A DNA stretch of 62,695 nt, counting the filler. It is 9 parts of 9 records of this genome, joined end to end, with 100 filler letters (N's around TTAATTAATTAA, not from the genome) between each part and the next. Parts side by side here need not be neighbours in the genome. Positions count along the whole stretch, not along the records: positions 57,136 to 62,695 come from SRR31147125_167582; 8 more parts are not named here. One strand, 5' to 3'. Below are positions 57,136 through 62,695 of the stretch, piece after piece. The number at the start of each line of letters is the position of its first letter. Positions within the stretch are counted from its first letter, which is position 1. The notes beneath the pieces were generated by a model, which searched no databases, was not told the origin of the DNA, and saw only the letters and a list, made by a program, of their open reading frames with translations. The translations under genes and the position numbers were made by a program.

Positions 57136-60100
57136 GTGTGTGTGTGTGTGTGTGTGTGTCATGGGTAGGCACAGGTCGTCCTCTCATTCTTTGAGATGCG
57201 TTCGAGGCGTCCTTCCTTCTTTGCACGCTCTGATCAGAAGGTGACATGGGAACGATGGACGTTTCGTTTACTTGTGAATCGCCAAAGTATAGATCCAGCC
57301 GGTAATGTTCACTCCTGCTACCATGGCGTCAGATTGACCTCCGTGTAGAACGGACAGCACGTCAAGAGCGCCTTGATGCAACCCTCCGAGCACGCATCGA
57401 GGCCATTGTCCAGCTAGTGAATCAGAGGAGGGACCATGTTCCGCGGCTTGTTCACAACGAAATGAAGACCTTCCCATTCGAAGTACGTTCGTTCCCTCAA
57501 TCGGCCCATTGTGATATTCATCCCCTGTGCACAGATCACCGTGCCCTCCATGGATGACTCGTGGTCCTTGGACAGATTCAAGAATCTCATGCCTCCCCCA
57601 ACGACAAACCTTCTGTAACCCTCTTGGTCGAGTGTGGTTACAAACAGCGTTTATGTACACATGTCCGTCTGCTCGGGCACCTCGTTTCCAGACGTTCCTC
57701 TCCCAGTCCCTTCGGCGATTGCATTCAAACGTGGACCTTCACTTCCCCCATTATGGGAACGTCTTGATGCGCCAATCATGTGCCCATAGGATCGCCGCCG
57801 TGCTTCCACACTACGTCAATTATGTCAGAAACTCCACACACACACACACACACCCCTCCCACCTGTATGATCTCGTACGTTCCTCCTCCCCCTCTTCCCA
57901 GTTCATAAGATATACCTTGGGGTGGTTGGTGGCCAGAAGTCCCAAGGCCCCAAGATCCCACAGCTGGCTTACCTCAGATTCTCCCTTGAGCGGCCACCGT
58001 TGGTCGTGATCCAAGAGACACCCCCCAATAACAAACCTGCAAATGAGGAGGAAGATGAGAGACGTGACAACTAGGAGGAGGAGGAGGAGGAGGAATGCAC
58101 TGTTGAGTAATGGAAAAAATGCCAAATCCATTCTTGATACGAATTGACACCTTCCCCATGGAGTCCCCTCGGGATACGGGAACGCTATTTGATTTGTCAG
58201 TGATCATGGAGGCATACACGGGGAAGCTTCACCTAAAGACTTCGGCCGTTGAGGCCCGATGGACCGTAAGCATGAATCTCTCGGTGTTCGCAGGTCGAAA
58301 GGGTACCAAGAATACCAATGAGCCCGGCCGTACATGCTCAGCCAACGGCGCTGTTTTTCCGTGCTCGTGTGTAAGGATTTGGGGGCTAATCGATTGCACG
58401 TTCGCACTATTTTCAGGAAGAGGTCCTCCGTTGAACCACAGGCGCTTCATCTTGCATCCAATCTTCTCCTCCACATCGGATGTCGTCTGGGATAAATTAC
58501 CGCACCGTTCCCTTCTCCGTCTTCTTCTCCCTCTTCCGTTCGTACCTTGCATTCTTCGACGCGATACACCTGGCCGTTCCCGTCACACACATACAAATCA
58601 CTCTCAAACGACGCCTTGGTATCGGAGGGACTGACATCATATGTGAGTGAGTGAGCTGCTGCTACTACACATGTACGTATTCTTTACCTGGGTGGATCTT
58701 TCGCCATTAATCCCCAGTCATCATACGAACACTGACGAGGGATTAGAGAGAGGTCCATGGGGATGCGAGATCCCTACCAGAGGATACACAGGGCTCGGAA
58801 TACGACACCTTTCGCCCTGTTCCTGCCTTTCATTGGACGATCTCTACGAGCGTTGGACCATAAGACTCATTCATGGCTCTTTCGTAGTTCGTACCGCAGC
58901 AAACACCACATTTGGCGTAGATTGCATTCGCTGGAACGTGCTCCTCTCTTCGTCCTGCCATTCACTCGCGCGCAGATGATCCATGGGTGGCGGAGCACTT
59001 CCTGACTCAACCGTTGGATCAGCTATTTGTTGTCTAGAGACACATCCGTTGTGTGTTGGAAGATCAATTCGATCGTCAAACAACACGAACCCGTCATTCA
59101 AGAGCATCTGAAGGTGTTCCCCTTGGTGACCATTGTCGCGCATATCCTCACCTGTGGGCACTTGATCTCTACTGCCAGCTACCCCCTTCCTTGTTCACAA
59201 CAATGGCGATGACGATGACACACGATCACTTACCCAATTCGCTTTCTTCTTCTTCTTCTTCTTCATCATCTTCTTCTTCCTTCTCCTTCTCCTTCTCCTC
59301 TTCCCCCTTCTCCTCCTTCTCCTCCTCTTCTTCTTCTTCTACATCACCCGCACAAAAAACCCGTTTGGCCCCTTCACGTGAGGCGAACTCACATACAGCC
59401 CAGTATGTGCCTCCCCGTGTCAAGAATACCCTACATCGGACCTGTTATCCAAGAATCCCTTTGTATAAGGATCACCTTTTGCTTCGGCGGACGTGTCCCA
59501 GTTGACCTCCACGTGTAATCCGAGTGACCAGGGTCTTCAACGGAATAGAGCGAGGAATGTTGTGAAATAACAGAGTTTGGAGGAGACGCTGGGGCCCCAT
59601 CAGAAGCGATCGATCCATCCATCACACAGAAACCCTACCTTCTCTCTGACTTCTCCGATGGGCGTCCCACCCACTGCTATCGGAATTCGGAACACCGTTT
59701 CATACGGCTTATGCTACTCAACACTGAGAAGGAGGAATCCGAATCCACCAAACAAAGGCGCGCAACAACCACACCTCCTCTCTTTCGATCAACGACAGGG
59801 TCATCCGTCGCACAGCATCCGTCCTGATTTCGTTCAATGTCTCTGCACAAAGAACCTCACCTACCCCACTTGTGAGGAATGCACACACATAGAATCGGTA
59901 TCTAACCATGGGACGTGCGAATGGCAACGCTGAGTGCCTCTACCCATTTCACCATCTCCTCTTGAGAAGAAGCCACCATGAGATATCTACACGTATTCCC
60001 ATTGATCCTTAGTCTCTCTTTCTCTCTCTTACACGTATACACGCCACATACTCGCGATCTTGGGTCGTCACAACAAACGCATAGTCTGGTTTGCTTCCTG

Positions 60101-60523
60101 CTGGAGCTTCCGAGACCCTAACTTCTCCATTAAGAGGAATTACACCCCGTGGCGACTGTCCGACCTTGTACTCCTGGGTTCCTTGTCTGTTACCATCCAT
60201 CCATCCATCCATCTCAACAAGATGAGTCCACCCACCGCCTCTTCCGCATAGTACTCAAGCTTCGTTGTCTCCAATAAAAAGAACCGCTCTTGCCAGCGGT
60301 GGGGCCAGCGCCCCCCACGCTTCACCAGATGACCTGATAGACTGAGGGAACACACAAAACCCATCGGCGTTCAGCCGTGACCCCCGTGACGTCACGAGAG
60401 CGGGGAACACGCGGGAACGTACGTAAACTTCTGCTCCAGGTCTGGGCTTTCGGTTGTGAAGAACTTCCCACCGGAAAGCTCGCGGGTGGACTTGCCACGA
60501 GCGGCCCCGTCTCCCTCCTGCAT
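57136..60523 (-). CDS. Eukaryotic protein with N-terminal PH domain and acidic tract; remainder unassigned
   Basis: LSGHLVKRGGRWPHRWQERFFLL...LEYY/PRGVIPL...AFVVTTQDRE/YLMVASSQEEMVKWVEAL; poly-Glu tract 59230-59345. I could not resolve the downstream exons or exclude a second gene. Confidence 0.6.
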
Positions 60524-60727
60524 GGATGGGGTGCCACGGACGTGTGCACCACCACAAGTCCCCTCTCTCCCCTCGTGCCCTCGTACGTTCACACCCGCCC
60601 CCCACACAGGAAGGGAAGTGCCCTGGGCCTTCCTCCTCTTTCCTCTTTCCTGTTCTCTCTCGCCACCCCTCCACCTCCACCTCCTCTGTCCTCTCCACTC
60701 TACGTGGCTTGCTTGGGTAGGGGAACG

Positions 60728-62626
60728 ATGGCAGCTCAGTCGCGTATCAACGTCCAAGGGAAGACCGAGAAGAAGGAGGTGTGTCGTGTGTGTTCTTGTG
60801 GCACGGTGGGGTTGTGTGTCGTGGGCGGGCGTGGGGCGTGAGGCGTGGGGTGGGGGTGGGCCGAGAAGCCGTCCATCCAATCCGCCACACTTCCTCTCTC
60901 TACACCTGCCGGTCCCCCTTGTTGTTGACACGTCCTTTTCAAGGGCTGGGAAGACACAGAGTTCCCTATTCTGTGTGAGACCTGTCTTGGGCCCAATCCT
61001 TACGTTCGCATGGCACGCGAGACCTTTGGCAAGGAGTGTAAGATCTGCAGTCGTCCCTTCACGTGCTTTCGGTGGAAACCAGGTCGAGAGGCTCGCTACA
61101 AGAAAACAGAAGTATGCCAGACGTGTGCAAAGATGAAGGTAGGAAGGAGATGAGGGAGGGACGAAGACGACAACGACGGAATCGCAGAACGTTTGCCAAA
61201 CGTGCCTCTTGGACCTCCAATTTGCTCTACCTGTTCAGGTGGGGGAGGGGTGGGGTGTGGGTATCAGTCATACCAACACCTTTGTCGTTGGTAGGTTCGG
61301 GATCAGTTCCTTCCTGAGGCAGAACGGATCGACGTCCCCCAGGGCAATGTCAACATGGAATGGATGCGTCATCAGGTGGAACATCGTGTATGTAGTCTTG
61401 TCGTGGGTGTTGTTGGGTGCACCGGCCCGTGGCAGACGGAAATGTGGGACAGATCAAGAACAATGACATGCCGTACGGGAAGATGCACGTGAATCCAGAG
61501 CTGCTTCGGTTGGCCCGAGTGTCTCCGTGTACGACGGAGTGTTGGGAGACTCGTTGGGGGAGCTCACGTCGCTTGTCTTCCTCCAGACTACAAACGAAAC
61601 GCACCACACGTTTGTTCTTTCTTTATTAAGGTAGAGAATCTGTGTGAGGAACACCTGTCTGACACCTAGACGGTCAACTTCAGGGAGAATGTACGCGTGG
61701 GGCTGAGTGTCCGTTTCGTCACGAGCTCCCGGAGAGCGGTGAGATGGCAGAACAAAATATCAAGGATCGGTAGGCAGGTGTCCTTGTTGCAGAGCGTGAA
61801 TTTTGACGTTTGAGGGCCGCAGATATCATGGTGTGAATGATCCTGTTGCCGAGAAGCTCGTACACGAGGTATGAGGCACATTCATGGGGCACCAGATAGA
61901 GATGGTTCACTGGACACCGTACAGAAGGACGCACCACACGCCGTGGATCCGCAACCTTCTGTCGATCCGTCTCTCACAACGTTGTTCGTGGGGAATGTGG
62001 ATACCAACAGGATTGGTGAAGCCGACATCCTGTACGATGGCCAGAGCGTTGCCCCTTCTTCGCGCATCTCTAACCTCAACTTGTAAGCTTTGCGTTTCAT
62101 AAGTGCGAGGATGATGTGCAGTCCGTTCGCCTAGCACCTCGCGTAAGGGCCGCCTTTGTCACCTTTCGTACCCATGGAGGAGCCGCACAAGCCCTGGAGA
62201 AACTGTGTAACAAGGTGGAGTAGGAGTTCTGTTTGGCGACAACGAGGCATGCGTACCCATCCACTTGCACACAGCTTGAAATTCGTGGATCCAAGTTACG
62301 CTTAGCCTGGGGCCATCCTCAAGGAGAGCAGCCCAAGGGTCTTCCCTGCCCCGTTCAACGTACGCACCTGCCGTGTTCATTCCGTGCTCATGATCATCCC
62401 AGGGGATCCGGGCGTTGTTTCCCATGAGAGCACACCCCCTGCCTCCCTTCCTTCTTCCTCCACCACTCCTGGAGTTCCTTCATCTGGTAGGGAGTTCGCG
62501 ATTCCTTTCTTCTCTCTGGTCCTGTGTTTATTCATTTCTCTAGGTTCGATCCCCGTCGTTGTTCCCATGGGACGCCCGTATTATCCCTCCATGGATCCCC
62601 ATTACAGGGGGAGTGCTCCTCGGTAA
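60728..62626 (+). CDS. RBM22: Pre-mRNA splicing factor RBM22/Slt11, 13 exons, 375 aa
   Basis: [22 protein letters not shown]...KECKIC.RPFT.FRW...[25 protein letters not shown] finger ([29 protein letters not shown]), RRM, YPSMDP. Removing 12 GT-AG introns (771 nt) leaves an uninterrupted 1128-nt frame. Confidence 0.96.
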
Positions 62627-62695
62627 ATAAAGAATAAAAAAGGTAGCCGTCAGGGGAGAGATCGATCATTCCTGTTGCTGTTGTTGTTGTTGTTG

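Noticed and set aside
59230-59345. TTC/CTC-rich tract as a separate repeat element
   Set aside because: Encodes an in-frame Glu/Lys/Asp low-complexity stretch of the minus-strand gene.
17576-62695. Non-standard genetic code or non-canonical introns in the eukaryote
   Set aside because: hydE and RBM22 translate fully with the standard code after removing GT-AG introns; TAA, TAG and TGA all occur as terminal stops. Other genes were checked only in part.
1-62695. tRNA, rRNA, CRISPR arrays, transposases, integrases, phage or defence genes
   Set aside because: None recognised by eye; dedicated scans were not possible.

Overview
This window is not one locus. It is nine unrelated contigs joined by artificial 100-nt spacers (N-run, TTAATTAATTAA, N-run), typical of a concatenated metagenome or culture assembly. 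Five contigs are bacterial and look Desulfobacterota/deltaproteobacterial (my inference from gene content): 1-6447 (collapsed hybrid kinase, aldo/keto reductase, pilD, pyrK-pyrD-DUF1232-aroE-aroA); 6548-17475 (uraA-upp, alpha-2-macroglobulin, recC); 23573-29109 (CHASE2 adenylate cyclase plus FecR-TPR-beta-barrel receptor); 34611-42318 (YkgJ, rpsB-tsf-pyrH-frr-uppS-cdsA-dxr-rseP); 42419-50946 (ABC substrate-binding protein, LolB-like and TPR lipoproteins, and an SLC5-STAC-GAF-PP2C / STAS / anti-sigma-kinase module). Four contigs come from a gene-dense, intron-rich microbial eukaryote with short GT-AG introns: IP3-receptor-like channel; ankyrin-PH, JMJD5, HydE and RFC5; metallopeptidase and PA200; PH protein and RBM22. 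Best candidates for new biology: (i) a transporter-fused phosphatase driving a partner-switch module; (ii) a nuclear [FeFe]-hydrogenase maturase HydE with a long mitochondrial-type presequence and 11 introns, all phase 0; (iii) an NsrA/CyaK-like outer-membrane-receptor/cAMP module whose barrel half has a different GC content. Several bacterial frameshifts sit in homopolymers and are probably sequencing errors. All calls come from reading motifs by eye; no searches were run.
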